Source: Candidatus Multivoradales bacterium (GTDB lineage: Bacteria; Acidobacteriota; Thermoanaerobaculia; Multivoradales; JAHEKO01). Taken from it: a stretch of DNA of 64,000 nucleotides. Position numbers and translations under genes: made by a program. The notes beneath the pieces were generated by a model. The model did not search any database. It saw nothing but the letters and a program-made list of their open reading frames with translations, and was not told where the DNA came from. The stretch's first letter is position 1. Every line of letters begins with the position of its first letter. The DNA lies in the NCBI GenBank assembly GCA_965223855.1, contig CBDCXM010000009.1:1792001-1856000 (forward strand), in the 5' to 3' direction. Below, piece after piece: positions 62,703-64,000 of the stretch.

Positions 62703-64000
62703 CTACTCCCCGGTCTCGGTGAGCGGCTCTTCGGAGTCCTGAAGGACGGCGCGCAGGCGGGTGATGCGGTTGCCGTCGAGATCCTGGATCTCGACCGACA
62801 TGCGACCGACCTCGACCTTGTCTCCCACCCGCGGCTGCCGCCCCAACTCCGAGAGGACGACGCCGCCGATCGTGTCCTCGTCGCGGTCCGAGAGCTCGGT
62901 CGCCAGCTCGTCCTCGAAGTCGGCGACCAGCATCGATCCGGCGACGTCGAACGTGTTGTCACCCCGGGCGACCAGCTCCGGCTCCTCCATGTCGAACTCG
63001 TCCTGGATGTCGCCGACGATCTCCTCGAGCACGTTCTCCATGGTGACGATGCCGCTGACGCCGCCGTACTCGTCGAGCACCGCGCTCATGTAGACGTGCT
63101 CGAGCCGCATCCGCCTCAGCAGCCGGTCGAGGCTCAGCGTCTCGGGAACGAACGTCATCGCCCGTTTCACCTCGAGCAGCGACGACGGCGGCGATTCGGC
63201 CCTGAAGAGATCCTTGATGTGGACGAGGCCGATCACGTGATCGAGGTCGCCGTCGCACAGCGGGAAGCGGGTGTGCCCGCTGTCGCGCGCCAGAGAGAGG
63301 CTCTCTTCGACGGGGTTCTGGATGTCGAGGAAGATCACTTCGTTTCTCGGCACCATCGCCTGTCGGGTGATGCGGTCGGAGAGCTCGAAGATGTTGTCGA
63401 GGAGCTCCCGTTTCTGGCCCGAGATGTGGTCGTCGTCGGCGCTCGCGAGCATCCTTCTGAGCTCCGCCTCGTCTCCCACCGAGTGGTGCTCGCTCATCGG
63501 TCGCATGCCGATCAGCCGCAGCAGCATGTTGGACGCCTCGTTCAGCACCCAGATCGCCGGGAAGGTGATCTTGTAGAAAAGCCACAGCGGCCACGAAATC
63601 CACAGACTCGTGCGCAGGGGCTTCCTGATCGCCACCGTCTTCGGCGCCATCTCGCCGAGCACGATGTGAAGGATCGTGATCGTCAGGAAGGAGATGACGA
63701 TCGCCACCTGATGGACGTTGGCGTCGGTCGCGCCCGGAAAGAGCCGCACGACCGGTTCGACGACCCAGGCGAACGCCGGCTCTCCGATCCAGCCGAGGGC
63801 GAGGCTCGCCAGTGTGATTCCCAGCTGACAGGCCGAGAGATAGGCGTCGAGATGCTCCACCATGTGGCTGGCGACCCGGCCGCTTCCACCGGCGGCGTGC
63901 GGCTCGAGCTGCGTCGGCCGAACCTTCACCAGCGCGAACTCGGCGGCGACGAAGAAGCCGTTGAGAAATACCAGGAGCATGCCGAAGAACAGGCCCCAGC
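62703..64000 (-). CDS. CNNM/hemolysin-family protein (CNNM-CBS-CorC), 5'-truncated
   Basis: NGFFVAAEFA, CQLGIT..LG, GEMAPK, HTRFP, DEYGG, EEIVGDI; frame open to window end. Confidence 0.93.
   Translation of the reverse strand, partial: WGLFFGMLLVFLNGFFVAAEFALVKVRPTQLEPHAAGGSGRVASHMVEHLDAYLSACQLGITLASLALGWIGEPAFAWVVEPVVRLFPGATDANVHQVAIVISFLTITILHIVLGEMAPKTVAIRKPLRTSLWISWPLWLFYKITFPAIWVLNEASNMLLRLIGMRPMSEHHSVGDEAELRRMLASADDDHISGQKRELLDNIFELSDRITRQAMVPRNEVIFLDIQNPVEESLSLARDSGHTRFPLCDGDLDHVIGLVHIKDLFRAESPPSSLLEVKRAMTFVPETLSLDRLLRRMRLEHVYMSAVLDEYGGVSGIVTMENVLEEIVGDIQDEFDMEEPELVARGDNTFDVAGSMLVADFEDELATELSDRDEDTIGGVVLSELGRQPRVGDKVEVGRMSVEIQDLDGNRITRLRAVLQDSEEPLTETGE

Overview
High-GC bacterial chromosome segment; gene content and order resemble Acidobacteriota (probably Thermoanaerobaculia-like, an inference). 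Core genes: dsbA-like, a PLP decarboxylase, manC, trmB, an MsbA-like ABC exporter, folK, lolA, tgt-yajC-secD-secF-relA, pilMNOPQ, accBC, thiE, an NSS transporter plus small subunit, aroK, an MntR/DtxR regulator, an ECF sigma/anti-sigma pair, hbd and proS. Five things stand out. (1) A His-rich, signal-peptide-bearing upstream ORF ending in a RAPP ribosome-arrest motif sits in front of a TonB-dependent receptor, a candidate metal-sensing translational switch. (2) A RAYT-like HUH transposase is bracketed by duplicated, inward-facing AGGAATACTG motifs and a tandem 188-bp structured repeat, next to three lipoproteins that follow pilQ. (3) A seven-gene glycosyltransferase/ABC/kinase/beta-barrel operon has a readable sigma54 + IHF + TGAGAC control region and its own two-component system. 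(4) Three large intergenic fold-back elements (about 176-320 nt) are present, one with CTAG at both ends inserted at the secD stop. (5) There are apparent CTG starts and leaderless promoters. No rRNA, tRNA or CRISPR array was seen. All family calls come from motif recognition, not database searches.
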